Assembly (NCBI GenBank): GCA_963706595.1
Contig: OY970166.1
Location: 480,001-544,000 of the forward strand
Length of the DNA stretch: 64,000 bases
Direction of reading: 5' to 3'
DNA from: an uncultured cyanobacterium
Lineage (GTDB): Bacteria; Cyanobacteriota; Cyanobacteriia; Cyanobacteriales; Nostocaceae
In this document: positions 32,301 to 41,738 of the stretch, piece after piece
Layout: every line of letters starts with the position of its first letter
Numbering within the stretch: the stretch's first letter is position 1
Notes under the pieces: generated by a model
The model's input: the letters and a program-made list of their open reading frames with translations, nothing else
Told to the model about the DNA's origin: nothing
Databases searched by the model: none
Position numbers and translations under genes: made by a program

Positions 32301-32916
32301 CGGCTGGGCGTATGATATTGACTTTCATGGTATTGACCATTTGTTAGCCAGTGGGCGCAACGTGAATATCTTAGTCATGGATACAGAAGTATATTCTAAT
32401 ACAGGCGGTCAATCATCCAAAGCCACACCAAAAGCCGCAGTAGCAAAATTCGCCGCCAGTGGTAAACCAGCACCCAAGAAAGATTTAGGTTTAATGGCTA
32501 TGACCTACGGAAATGTTTACGTAGCCAGTGTAGCTTTAGGTGCAAAAGATGAACATACCCTGAAGGCATTTTTGGAAGCAGAGGCGTTTGATGGACCTTC
32601 ATTGATTATTGCTTATAGCCATTGCATCGCCCACGGCATTAACATGACTACAGGGATGAAACATCAACAATCTCTGGTAGAATCAGGACGTTGGTTGTTG
32701 TATCGCCACAATCCAGAGTTGCAAAATCAAGGTAAAAATCCTTTGCAATTAGATATGCGATCGCCTACTCAATCAGTAGAACAATCAATGTATCAAGAAA
32801 ATCGCTTTAAGATGTTGACTAAGAGTAAGCCCGAAGTTGCTAAACATCTGTTAGCACAAGCCCAAGCCGAAGTTAACGCACGTTGGCAGATGTATCAATA
32901 TTTGGCACAAAAGTAA
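29329..32916 (+). CDS. nifJ: Pyruvate:ferredoxin/flavodoxin oxidoreductase
   Basis: YPITPS, QSEGGA, two 4Fe-4S motifs, GACAGCGE, GGDGWAYDI. Confidence 0.97.
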   Translation: MNKTFATIDGNEAVARVAYKLNEVIAIYPITPSSAMGEWADTWSAANQPNLWNTIPSVVQMQSEGGAAAAVHGALQTGSLSTTFTASQGLLLMIPNLYKIAGELTSAVVHVAARSLATHALSIFGDHSDVMASRATGFALLCSASVQESHDFALISQAATLETRVSFMHFFDGFRTSHEVQKIKLLSDEQLRSLIDENLILAHRDRALTPDRPLLRGTAQNPDVFFQGREAANPYYKATPAIVQRLMDEFAEVTGRHYQIYEYHGASDAERVIILMGSGCETVHETVDYLNTQGEKVGVVKVRLYRPFDVDRFIAVLPNSVQAIAVLDRTKEPGSIGEPLYLDVVAAIHEANPKSQIPNLKSIIGGRYGLSSKEFTPAMVKSIFDHLAEPQPRNHLTVGINDDITHTSLKFDPNFSTEPDNVIRAMFYGLGSDGTVGANKNSIKIIGEETDNYAQGYFVYDSKKSGSMTVSHLRFGPQPIRSTYLINQANFIGCHHWGFLERIDILKSAISGATLLLNSPHDADTVWEYLPPKVQQQIIDKQLKFFVINANQVARESGMGGRINTIMQVCFFALAGVLPEAEAISKIKKAIEKTYGKKGAEVVQKNLQAVDNTLTNLHKVDIRHSSPTPHSPLPTPHLLDSAPEFVRDVLGEIMTWHGDDLPVSALPADGTFPTGTAKWEKRNVAEEIPVWEPDVCVQCGKCVMVCPHAAIRAKAYQPDELINAPSSFKSINAKDKSFSNQKFTIQVAPEDCTGCAICVDICPAKNKSQPSQKAINMAQQLPLREQERHNWDFFLSLPNPDRRQLKVNQIRQQQLQEPLFEFSGACAGCGETPYLKLLTQLFGDRSVIANATGCSSIYGGNLPTTPWTTNAEGRGPAWSNSLFEDNAEFGFGYRLSLDKQAEFAAELLQTLGSREWGVGSGDISNDLVQSILTAEQKSEADIWEQRERVKLLKQQLDEILTSEPNLKSQIQNLKSLADYLVRKSVWIVGGDGWAYDIDFHGIDHLLASGRNVNILVMDTEVYSNTGGQSSKATPKAAVAKFAASGKPAPKKDLGLMAMTYGNVYVASVALGAKDEHTLKAFLEAEAFDGPSLIIAYSHCIAHGINMTTGMKHQQSLVESGRWLLYRHNPELQNQGKNPLQLDMRSPTQSVEQSMYQENRFKMLTKSKPEVAKHLLAQAQAEVNARWQMYQYLAQK

Positions 32917-33110
32917 TATTTAATGGGTGATGAGTTCTGATTTATTACCCAACAATTGATACCCTAACCCGCAAGCGGAGAGGAGAGTTTTTCTATCATC
33001 TCTCAAACTCTTATAACTCCGTGTCCTCTGTGCCTCTGTGGTATGCCTCCGGCACGCTCCGCGAACGTTTTTCCTTATTTATCCCCACAGGTCAGCGTGA
33101 TAAATTCGAG

Positions 33111-33338
33111 TCATGAGAAAACCTCAAAAAGATAACGGGGCAATCCTGATTGGCGAATAATAGATTGCAATGTTCCAATTTTTAGTTCTGCATAATTAGG
33201 CACAGGAACGGTAACGGTTGTTTCTTCCGTTTTAAGTTGCATGATAATATGGCTACCACGTTGCCGCACTTCTAAAAAGTTATGTGCTGCTAGAATTTGG
33301 CAGACTTCTCTACCTGATAAAACTCGCAGCTTACCCAA
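33111..33338 (-). CDS. hicA: HicA family toxin
   Basis: LSGREV...RQRGSH...VPVP...GTLQSIIRQ. Confidence 0.88.
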   Translation of the reverse strand: MGKLRVLSGREVCQILAAHNFLEVRQRGSHIIMQLKTEETTVTVPVPNYAELKIGTLQSIIRQSGLPRYLFEVFS

Positions 33339-33558
33339 TTGCTACCTCCAATCGGGTTACAAAAACTTCTGTATGTAAGCGATTTTCTATTTCTGAGGGA
33401 TCTGCCACTTCAAAAAATAGTTGCAACGCTTCCAGCAAATTATTTTTTGCTTCCTCTACCGAATCTCCTTGACTGGCAATGTCTAATTCTGGACACAACG
33501 ATACATAACCATCGCCTTCACGCTCAATAATTGCAGTAAATTGCTGAACCCGTGTCAT
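33331..33558 (-). CDS. hicB: HicB family antitoxin (short form)
   Basis: YVSLCPELDIASQGDSVEEAKNNLLEAL; start MTRVQQ after a GGAG RBS. Confidence 0.88.
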   Translation of the reverse strand: MTRVQQFTAIIEREGDGYVSLCPELDIASQGDSVEEAKNNLLEALQLFFEVADPSEIENRLHTEVFVTRLEVAIG

Positions 33559-33715
33559 GCTGCTTTCTCCTTGGGATATTTCACCATAATAGTTCATCTG
33601 ACGGATATAATGGTTTCTATAAAAACTGGTTAATTTTGGTCTACAGATTATAAATTGTGAGGAAGTTATTTACCTAAATTTCCAACTTTTTCTCTCTATC
33701 AGAAACATCTATCTA

Positions 33716-34735
33716 CTAATTAAACAAACTTCTTTCAATTGGAACTCCTAATTTTTCAGATAGGTCTAATACATTATTGCTAAAGTCAGCCGCTCCAGCA
33801 ACAACATTAAAAAGCATACCACCTATGGTTAATAAACTCATTATTCTGGCCTTAATTCTTTGGGGTTTTAGCCTCTCTGGTTTTGTAATGTCTTCCTCTA
33901 AGTCTTCTAAATGTACCATAATCTCTTCGCGCTTGTCTTCTGGAAACTCTTGAGCCATTTCGCGCAAAGAAGTTATTATCCTAATAATTTCATCACTGTT
34001 TTGACCAATATTTTGTGAAAAATTAGAAGATACTTGGCGTGCATTATCTTTAACTTGATTCGCAAAGTTTGCTATGCTTGATCCACGCAGATCGTTATTA
34101 AAAGTGTCAGAATTGGATTTACTTTCTGATGATGAATTTTGCATCTGTGACTGAACTAAGTTAATTTGAATCAAACTACTATAATCATGTCTACCAGCAA
34201 TCTGCTTTTCTTGCTGTGTAAAATTGATTCCTTCACCAATAATACCATCTTCTTCTAGTTTCAATGACCAGCGAAGGATTACATCTCTAACAGATTCCAA
34301 AATTCTTTTTATACTTGCACTACTTATGATAATTTTAATTCGTGCATCCACAGTTGCAATTAATATTGATTCTACTTCAGATGACAGTTGTAAGTGCAGC
34401 ACATTTTCTCCACTATCAATTAAAGCAACTAACTCACTAATAGCTTGACGAATTGAACGACTGCAAGCTGTTTTATAAAGTTCGAGAGTGTATTCGTCAT
34501 GTACCACTATTGGCTGCCATCCATGATATGGATTCCACGCCCTTATTGTTCCTTCAACTTTTCGGTAATCAGGTATTAGCTGATCTTGATAACCTTTAAG
34601 TTCCCATTCAATCCATTCCTGAAACTCTGTAATATTCAATTTTGTCGCAACAATTAAGGCTTTGCGAAGTAAATCCAGAACAGATACACAAGGATTATAA
34701 GCTTCCTGCTGTAACTCTTGAATTAGTGAACTCAT
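33716..34735 (-). CDS. AbiTii-domain protein (putative anti-phage)
   Basis: LLRKALIVATKL...EWIEWELKGY...PDYR...NPYHGWQP...WSLKLEEDGI N-terminal pattern. Confidence 0.72.
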   Translation of the reverse strand: MSSLIQELQQEAYNPCVSVLDLLRKALIVATKLNITEFQEWIEWELKGYQDQLIPDYRKVEGTIRAWNPYHGWQPIVVHDEYTLELYKTACSRSIRQAISELVALIDSGENVLHLQLSSEVESILIATVDARIKIIISSASIKRILESVRDVILRWSLKLEEDGIIGEGINFTQQEKQIAGRHDYSSLIQINLVQSQMQNSSSESKSNSDTFNNDLRGSSIANFANQVKDNARQVSSNFSQNIGQNSDEIIRIITSLREMAQEFPEDKREEIMVHLEDLEEDITKPERLKPQRIKARIMSLLTIGGMLFNVVAGAADFSNNVLDLSEKLGVPIERSLFN

Positions 34736-34827
34736 AAATATTTAAGTGTCTTATTAAATTTTGACATAATCATAATATAATGGAATTTACTTAGAATGTA
34801 TAAAAGCTCAACCCTCACTGTTTAATC

Positions 34828-35055
34828 ATGAGTCTCCATCCCCTCTTAAAGTTTGACATATCTGAACTTAGCATTGCAGAGCGTATCCAACTGCCTGAAG
34901 ATTTATGGGATAGCATTGTGCAACAGCAAGAGAAAATACCCTTGAGTCAAGCACAACAGCAAGAGCTAGATAGACGGTTAGAAAATTACAAACAAAACCC
35001 TACAAATGGTTCTAGTTGGGAAGATGTTAAAAAACGGTTAAAATTTTCCCAATGA
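34828..35055 (+). CDS. Addiction-module antitoxin (TIGR02574-like)
   Basis: LSIAERIQL.EDLWDSI...ELDRRL...SWEDVKKRL. Confidence 0.85.
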   Translation: MSLHPLLKFDISELSIAERIQLPEDLWDSIVQQQEKIPLSQAQQQELDRRLENYKQNPTNGSSWEDVKKRLKFSQ

Positions 35056-35099
35056 ACTATAACCTAATTATTAAGCCAGAAGCATTTTACTTTGATTAA
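35052..35099 (+). pseudogene. Truncated RelE/ParE toxin remnant
   Basis: ATGA-coupled MNYNLIIKPEA then stop after 15 codons at the glpK 3' end. Confidence 0.6.
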
Positions 35100-36581
35100 T
35101 TACACCCAATCAAAAGTTTTAGTAACCGCCTTCTTCCAAAGCCGATAACAACCTTCCCTCTGTACAGCATCCATCTTCGGCTTCCAAGTCTGATCTAAAA
35201 GCCAATTATCAGATAATTCCTCCAGACTACTCCAAAAACCAGTCGCCAACCCAGCAGCATAAGCCGCCCCTAAAGCAGTAGTTTCTGCTACTTGGGGACG
35301 AATCACTGGTACACCTAAGACATCACTTTGAAATTGCATCAGCAGGTTGTTATAAACCATACCGCCATCTACTTTCAAAGCCGTTAAATTTACCTGCGCG
35401 TCTTCTCGCATCGCATCTAAAACTTCACGAGTCTGCCATGCTGTTGCTTCTAACACAGCCCGCGCAATATGACCTTTGTTTGTGTAACGAGTCATCCCCA
35501 CAATTGCACCTCTAGCATCATTACGCCAATAGGGAGCAAATAACCCAGAAAACGCAGGGACAAAATAAATACCACCGTTATCTGTAACTGTACTGGCTAA
35601 GGCTTCTACCTCTGCACTGGTTTGAATTAATCCCAAATTGTCACGCAACCATTGCACTAAAGCCCCAGCGATCGCAATACTACCCTCCAAAGCATAAACT
35701 GTAGGAGCATCCCCCAACTTGTAAGCTACCGTCGTCAATAAACCATGTTGGGAAATCACCTTTTGCTGTCCTGTATTCAGCAGCATAAAGCAACCTGTAC
35801 CATAAGTATTTTTCGCTTCACCTACCTGAAAACAGGTTTGTCCAATTAATGCAGCTTGTTGATCACCTAAGTCAGCAGCAATGGGAACTCCTGCTAAAAT
35901 ACCTGTAGCCTGTCCATAAATAGCTGATGAAGGACGAATTTCTGGCAGCATTTGCCTGGGAATACCCATAATCTGCAAAATTTCCGGTTCCCAGTCCAGA
36001 GAGTCCAAATTCATCAGTAAGGTACGACTAGCATTAGTCACATCGGTGATATGCAAACCACCTGTTAAATGCCAAATTAAAAAAGTGTCAATTGTGCCAA
36101 AAAGAGCCTGACCATTTTCTGCTGCGGCTTTTAATCCGGGGATGTTTTCCAGCAACCATTTAATTCTCGGTGCGCTGAAGTAAGTAGCGATTGGTAAACC
36201 TGTTGTGGCGCGAAAACGGTCTATCCCACCATCTTCTGCGAGTTGATTACAGATATAATCAGTTCTGGTATCTTGCCAAACAATAGCGTTGTAATAAGGT
36301 TCGCCTGTTTTCTGATCCCAAACTACAATTGTTTCACGCTGATTAGTAATGCCAACAGATGTAATCTCAGCAACACTAATATTGCTCTGCTCTAAAGCAT
36401 CTTTAATGACAGTTTGAGTACATGACCAAATTTCCTTGGGGTCGTGTTCTACCCAACCTGGCTGAGGATAAATCTGTTGATGTTCCTTTTGTGCATAGCC
36501 AACAACCTTACCCTGCTTGTTAAAGATCATGAAGCGGGTGCTAGTTGTTCCTTGGTCGATGGCAGCTACGTATTTAGTCAT
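35100..36581 (-). CDS. glpK: Glycerol kinase
   Basis: [35 protein letters not shown]. Confidence 0.97.
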   Translation of the reverse strand: MTKYVAAIDQGTTSTRFMIFNKQGKVVGYAQKEHQQIYPQPGWVEHDPKEIWSCTQTVIKDALEQSNISVAEITSVGITNQRETIVVWDQKTGEPYYNAIVWQDTRTDYICNQLAEDGGIDRFRATTGLPIATYFSAPRIKWLLENIPGLKAAAENGQALFGTIDTFLIWHLTGGLHITDVTNASRTLLMNLDSLDWEPEILQIMGIPRQMLPEIRPSSAIYGQATGILAGVPIAADLGDQQAALIGQTCFQVGEAKNTYGTGCFMLLNTGQQKVISQHGLLTTVAYKLGDAPTVYALEGSIAIAGALVQWLRDNLGLIQTSAEVEALASTVTDNGGIYFVPAFSGLFAPYWRNDARGAIVGMTRYTNKGHIARAVLEATAWQTREVLDAMREDAQVNLTALKVDGGMVYNNLLMQFQSDVLGVPVIRPQVAETTALGAAYAAGLATGFWSSLEELSDNWLLDQTWKPKMDAVQREGCYRLWKKAVTKTFDWV

Positions 36582-36782
36582 GATTCAAATGAGGCTCACG
36601 CATCAGCGAAGCAAAGTATGTTAGGCGCAAAGAGTAACGTAACTAAAATAACACTCTGCGTAACTCTGCGTTACCTTAGCGCCCCTCTGCGTTGAAAAAT
36701 CTACCCCACCCCAGGTAGAGTATAGGTTATACCTTATGGATTGTGAATTACTAATAATCAATACTTATATTTAGGTGATTAG

Positions 36783-36815
36783 GCGATCGCGCAAGCGCTG
36801 CTGCAAGCAGATCGC
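36783..36815. repeat. Small dispersed repeat inserted at a HIP1 site
   Basis: GCGATCGC-GCAAGCGCTGCTGCAAGCA-GATCGC. Confidence 0.6.
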
Positions 36816-36842
36816 CTAATGTTGTAAGTGAGGTAAAAAACT

Positions 36843-37028
36843 ATGTCAGCACAAGCAATCCAACCTGAGTTGCTCGTCGAATTATCTACAGAAGAACAAC
36901 AACTTCTCTCCGGGGGACGACGGGGAGGAAGAAGGCGTTGTCCTCGGCGTATCTTCGTCCCCCGTTGTGGTCCCTACTTCCGTGGCCGCAGAGGAGGTGG
37001 ATTTGATGATTTTGACGATGATTTTTAA
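36843..37028 (+). CDS. Double-glycine-leader peptide (bacteriocin/RiPP precursor-like)
   Basis: ELSTEEQQLLSGG leader, Arg/Gly core with two Cys, acidic tail; GAGG RBS. Confidence 0.75.
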   Translation: MSAQAIQPELLVELSTEEQQLLSGGRRGGRRRCPRRIFVPRCGPYFRGRRGGGFDDFDDDF

Positions 37029-37310
37029 TTTTGATCGGGGTTAATTTGAAGTTAGCCAATGGGAAGGGATATCCCTAATGGTGAAAATATAATCAGGTGT
37101 AGAGATGTAGCATTTCTACGTCTCTACAATTTAATCCAAATATTTCACCGTTTTTGCCTTAATCCGTCCAGCCAGACCTTGTTTGGGTGGTTCCGCGAAT
37201 TCCATTCGCCAGGACTTCTATATTAATATGCGATCGCATCTTCCTAACAGCAGATGGATTCACATCATAGAGTTAGACAGTATTAGAGTTACATCCACGC
37301 TGTCAGCACT

Positions 37311-38648
37311 ATGACATTAGAGACTCAGATTCCCCAGCCAGAAACGATGCACGAGGCGGAAGAGGAATTTAATTGGCGAGAATGCTGGTATCCTGTCTGC
37401 TTTCTGCAAGACATACCACAAAATCGCCCTTATAGTTTTTCTCTGTATGACGAACCTTTTGTGTTATTCAGGAATCAAAATGGCATACTTGTTTGTTTAA
37501 CAGACCGTTGTCCCCATCGCGCGGCTAGACTCTCTGATGGACAGATTATTGATGGTAAAATTGAATGTTCATATCATGGTTGGCAGTTTGGTATTCATGG
37601 TGAATGTTTACACATTCCTCAGCTACCAGATGATACTAAAATTCCTTTAAATGCTTGTGTAAAAGCGTTTACAGTTGTAGAACGTCAAGGATTAATCTGG
37701 GTTTGGGCAGGAAAAACTGCAACTGCAATTGACCAACTTATCCCCACTATAGCGGATTTGGAAAAACCCGAATTTGTCCACACAGATTATATGAGAGATT
37801 TGCCTTATGACCAAAGCTATTTAATAGAAAACTTTGTTGATCCGGCTCATGTTTATATCAGCCATGATGGTACTGAAGGCAATCGAGCCAGCGCCCAACC
37901 ATTAGAAATGGAAGTCAGCGATTTTTCTGTGAAAGGATTTTTTGGAAAAATCCGCCAAAGCCGAAATATTGATGCACCTTGGCAAAATTTAGATTTTATT
38001 GCGCCCAATTTAGTACATTACAAATTAAACGTCATTAAACCTGGCTGGTATGCTGGCATTGCTTTATATTCCATACCTATTGGTAAGGGTAAATGCCGTC
38101 TTTTACTCCGCAGATATCGCAATTTTATGACTGAAAAATTGCAGTCTAAACCTCGTTGGTTGGAACACTGGCGGCAAAATAAAGTTTTAGAACAGGATTT
38201 GCCTCAAATTTTAGGACAACAAGCAGAAATAGCGAGGTTAGGAGAACACTTAAATAAAATTTATTTGCCACTAAAAACATCAGATTTATTGGTGATTAAT
38301 TACCGCAAATGGTTAGATGAATTTGGGTCGTCTTTACCATATTATCAAGGCTATTCTACTGCTAAAAATTTCGGCAGCCATGATTGCTCTCCAACTTCAA
38401 CTGATGCAGACAGATTTTTACACCATACACTAATTTGTAGTTCATGTAATCAGGCATATCGGGTCACAAATCAATTAAAACAAGCCTTTATTGGTGCTGG
38501 TATTGCTCTGGCAGCTTTGGCAATTATCACGGATGGGTTGAGTAGTTCTATCCTCGTTTTTGCGGCTCTGCTATCGGTGGCGCTGGCAGTTGTGACCGAA
38601 AAGTTAAAAACTCACTTTCAATACTCTTATACTCACTTTGAGCAGTGA
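37311..38648 (+). CDS. Rieske non-heme iron oxygenase (PaO-like)
   Basis: CPH...CSYH Rieske motif, NFVDPAHVYISH iron site, HTLICSSC, C-terminal TM segments. Confidence 0.92.
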   Translation: MTLETQIPQPETMHEAEEEFNWRECWYPVCFLQDIPQNRPYSFSLYDEPFVLFRNQNGILVCLTDRCPHRAARLSDGQIIDGKIECSYHGWQFGIHGECLHIPQLPDDTKIPLNACVKAFTVVERQGLIWVWAGKTATAIDQLIPTIADLEKPEFVHTDYMRDLPYDQSYLIENFVDPAHVYISHDGTEGNRASAQPLEMEVSDFSVKGFFGKIRQSRNIDAPWQNLDFIAPNLVHYKLNVIKPGWYAGIALYSIPIGKGKCRLLLRRYRNFMTEKLQSKPRWLEHWRQNKVLEQDLPQILGQQAEIARLGEHLNKIYLPLKTSDLLVINYRKWLDEFGSSLPYYQGYSTAKNFGSHDCSPTSTDADRFLHHTLICSSCNQAYRVTNQLKQAFIGAGIALAALAIITDGLSSSILVFAALLSVALAVVTEKLKTHFQYSYTHFEQ

Positions 38649-38725
38649 ATAGTGATGGATTTTGGGCTGTATCTCACGCAGAGGCGCAGAGAATAAGCAG
38701 GAGTAATATTAAGAGGGGTTAGAAA

Positions 38726-39586
38726 ATGCAATTTAAAATGGTGCAGGAACATTCTCGACTTGGCACAGAATTATTACAAGAATGCCAGCTTACAGAAGTT
38801 ACAAACCAACAGATAACTAAATTTAAACAAGCTCTTTGGGAGCATGGAGTGGTGGTTGTAAAAAATCAACATTTAACGGCTTCACAATTAAAGGAATTTG
38901 CCTACAAAACTTTTGGTGAGTCTAATATTAATTATCCACCTAAAACCCTTGATCCAAATATTGATCCAGATTTACAAAGTATTGGCGTATCTATTTTAGG
39001 CAATCCTCAATCGCATACCCAGGAAATTGTCGGGAAGTTTGCTTGGCAATGGCATCATGACAAAGATTTCCTGCCCAAAACAGTAGGTCTGGATATGAAT
39101 GCTCTCTATGTAGTGATGCTTTATGGAGTAGAAATACCGCCAGAGGGAATCGATGGTCAGCCCCACACAACGGCTTTTCTCGACATGATAGAAGCTTACA
39201 ACAATCTCGATCCTGAGCATCAGCAGCAATTAGAGCAAATGTCTCTGTATCATCTGCCACCAAGAAACCATCAGCCAGGACATGATGTGCCAATGAAAAG
39301 ACATCCCATTGTTTCCATACATCAGGTAACTGGGAAGAAAGGATTATATCTCGGTTCAGACACATCAATTCCTGTAGGTATGGAGGATCAATTAGATTTG
39401 GCAAAACAGTTTTGGCAGGAATTGTTTCAAACTGTTCTGGAGCGCACACCAGTTTATACTCATGTTTGGCAACCAGGTGATCTTGTTGTTTGGGACAATT
39501 CGCAAGTGATGCACGCTGGTATTCCTTACGATGCTAGCAAGTACAAGCGTGTTGCTTTACGTGTGGGATTGGTGGACAACAGATAA
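38726..39586 (+). CDS. TauD/TfdA family Fe(II)/2-oxoglutarate dioxygenase
   Basis: EHGVVVVKNQ, WHHD, HPIV..H..TG, WQPGDLVVWDN..VMH. Confidence 0.9.
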   Translation: MQFKMVQEHSRLGTELLQECQLTEVTNQQITKFKQALWEHGVVVVKNQHLTASQLKEFAYKTFGESNINYPPKTLDPNIDPDLQSIGVSILGNPQSHTQEIVGKFAWQWHHDKDFLPKTVGLDMNALYVVMLYGVEIPPEGIDGQPHTTAFLDMIEAYNNLDPEHQQQLEQMSLYHLPPRNHQPGHDVPMKRHPIVSIHQVTGKKGLYLGSDTSIPVGMEDQLDLAKQFWQELFQTVLERTPVYTHVWQPGDLVVWDNSQVMHAGIPYDASKYKRVALRVGLVDNR

Positions 39587-39695
39587 TATATTCCATTCTT
39601 TGGCAGCAGCATCAAAAATATTAATAGTGTTTTGTCCGGAGTAACCAAGAAACCAATGAATAATAATTCATATCAAATCTCCCCGCCTAAAACTT

Positions 39696-40019
39696 ATGGA
39701 CATGCCCCAGCGCGTATCAATTCGCTACAAAGACACGTCCTACAACACTAATGAGATCCGCTTAAAAACCTTCAGACTGGGTTTTCAAATATGGGACGAA
39801 CAAACCAAAGCAAGAAAGACTGAACTTTATGATTTTATCTTCTCTGGCTTAAAACAAGTTGACCGCCAAGACCGTTATATGTTTTCACTGCTGTTTATAG
39901 AGTTAGCAGAACTAATCCGTAACTCTCGGCTGGAAAGAAGTATGAAAGAGGTTTTAATTAAAACAGCCTTTAGTGAGTTTGGTTATGCACTAGCAGACCT
40001 TGAAGACGCTACCAAATAG
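39696..40019 (+). CDS. Hypothetical protein
   Basis: 107 aa ATG-started ORF in an otherwise empty gap. Confidence 0.6.
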   Translation: MDMPQRVSIRYKDTSYNTNEIRLKTFRLGFQIWDEQTKARKTELYDFIFSGLKQVDRQDRYMFSLLFIELAELIRNSRLERSMKEVLIKTAFSEFGYALADLEDATK

Positions 40020-40115
40020 AAATCACAAACTCTGATGTTTTATCATACCAATTTAATATGAAGCTGCATAGAAAGAACCTCAACCCCTGCGGCTCCTCTC
40101 CTTCTCACTACAGCC

Positions 40116-40290
40116 CTATCGTGTACACACAAGTCTTATCAAGTTGCCTCATCACGTTTTGATCCCCCCTAGCCTGCCTTGAGAAGGGGGGAAATTTTCT
40201 TAAAGTCCCCCTTTTTCTACGCCGAAGGCGCATCCCCGAAGGGGTTTAGGGGGATTTAGGGGAATCAGATCACTTGTGTGTACACCGTAG
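40116..40290. mobile_element. MITE
   Basis: TIRs CTATCGTGTACACACAAGT ... ACTTGTGTGTACACCGTAG; a lone copy of this end also occurs at about 43827. Confidence 0.7.
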
Positions 40291-40671
40291 CTTTGGGAGA
40301 AGAGGGAGAGGCTACGCGGGTTTCGCCTGGATGGTTCCGTGACTTCCAATCGCTTGGTGCAAGATCAGAGTATTGGCATTGGCAATCGATGACTACAGCA
40401 GGGAAAATTTTGAAGAATAGGCGCAGCACCGTCAGGAATTGAGATGTGCATAGAGCTTATAATACAGATGCTGAAAGGGTTTTAAGCATTACGCTAAACT
40501 AGTCTAATTTTTACTCTTGTTAAATAGTTGCCAAGTATGTCATCTTAGACTAGGAGAATTAATTCGGTGAGCGTCTTTGTTTTTAGTATTGACAGGCTTT
40601 TTCCTTTTGGTATTTACAGACTTTTCTCCGAAATTTAAATCTCTACACAGTGATAAATTAGGAGATAATCC

Positions 40672-40980
40672 ATGTCAATTTATGTAGGCAATCTTTCTTA
40701 CGAAGTTACCCAAGATACCTTGAGTGCTGTTTTCGCAGAATACGGCACTGTAAGGCGCGTTCAACTACCAACTGACCGCGAAACCGGACAACTAAGGGGT
40801 TTCGGATTTGTGGAAATGGGAACTGAAGCTGAAGAAGCGGCTGCAATAGAAGCCCTTGATGGTGCTGAATGGATGGGTCGTGACCTCAAAGTTAACAAAG
40901 CCAAGCCCAGGGAAGACAGAGGTTCCTCTGGTGGTAACCGGGGAGGATACGGTGGCGGCGGCTCTCGTAACCGTTACTAA
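40672..40980 (+). CDS. rbpA: RRM RNA-binding protein with Gly-rich tail (RbpA family)
   Basis: IYVGNL (RNP2), RGFGFVEM (RNP1); upstream of rpsU. Confidence 0.9.
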   Translation: MSIYVGNLSYEVTQDTLSAVFAEYGTVRRVQLPTDRETGQLRGFGFVEMGTEAEEAAAIEALDGAEWMGRDLKVNKAKPREDRGSSGGNRGGYGGGGSRNRY

Positions 40981-41074
40981 GCTTTAAAACCTGAAATTTT
41001 ACCAGCGAATTTTCAGTCAAAAGAGCAGCTTACCATTATGAGCTATTAAGTAAGTCAAATTAGCAGGAGAGATA

Positions 41075-41263
41075 ATGACGCAAATAATAGTGGGTGACAA
41101 TGAACACATTGAGTCAGCCTTACGCCGATTTAAGCGCGAAGTTTCCAAGGCAGGGATTTTCCCAGATATGAGGAAGCATCGTCACTTTGAAACGCCTATT
41201 GAAAAACGCAAGCGTAAAGAAGTTGCCAAGCATAGGCAAGGTAAAAGACGTTTCCGCACTTGA
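41075..41263 (+). CDS. rpsU: 30S ribosomal protein S21
   Basis: ESALRRFKR...[12 protein letters not shown]. Confidence 0.95.
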   Translation: MTQIIVGDNEHIESALRRFKREVSKAGIFPDMRKHRHFETPIEKRKRKEVAKHRQGKRRFRT

Positions 41264-41738
41264 TCAGATAGTTATGAATGAATGCCCTCAGATATTTAAT
41301 GAGGGCTTTCTTATGACCACTCTCCCGCTACACCGCAAGCTGTTAGTGGGAGTATCTCAAATTTACAGGCTGACGAATGTCTAAGCCTCCACAGCCAGGA
41401 ATCGGTAGTCTAACCGACCCAAGTTTGAAAATAGGAAAGGGAACAGGTTTCTTTGAGCATAAATAAATTTGGCGTTGCTGATTTGAAGTATGAACACGAT
41501 TTGTGATGATATCAAAACCCCTGTAGAGACGTGACATGGAACGTCTCTACATTTAAATTCATACTTGGTTTCAACAACGCCATAAATTTAATTGCTCAGA
41601 ACCCCTTTGGCAGGGAAGAAGAGGAAAGGTTGTTAAGCAGTCGGGAGTGTCAAGTAATCAACTCCCCCTACTCCCTGCACCCCTGCCTCTTAACTCCCCC
41701 CTGCTCCCTGCTCCCTGCACCCCTGCTCCCTTCTGAGG

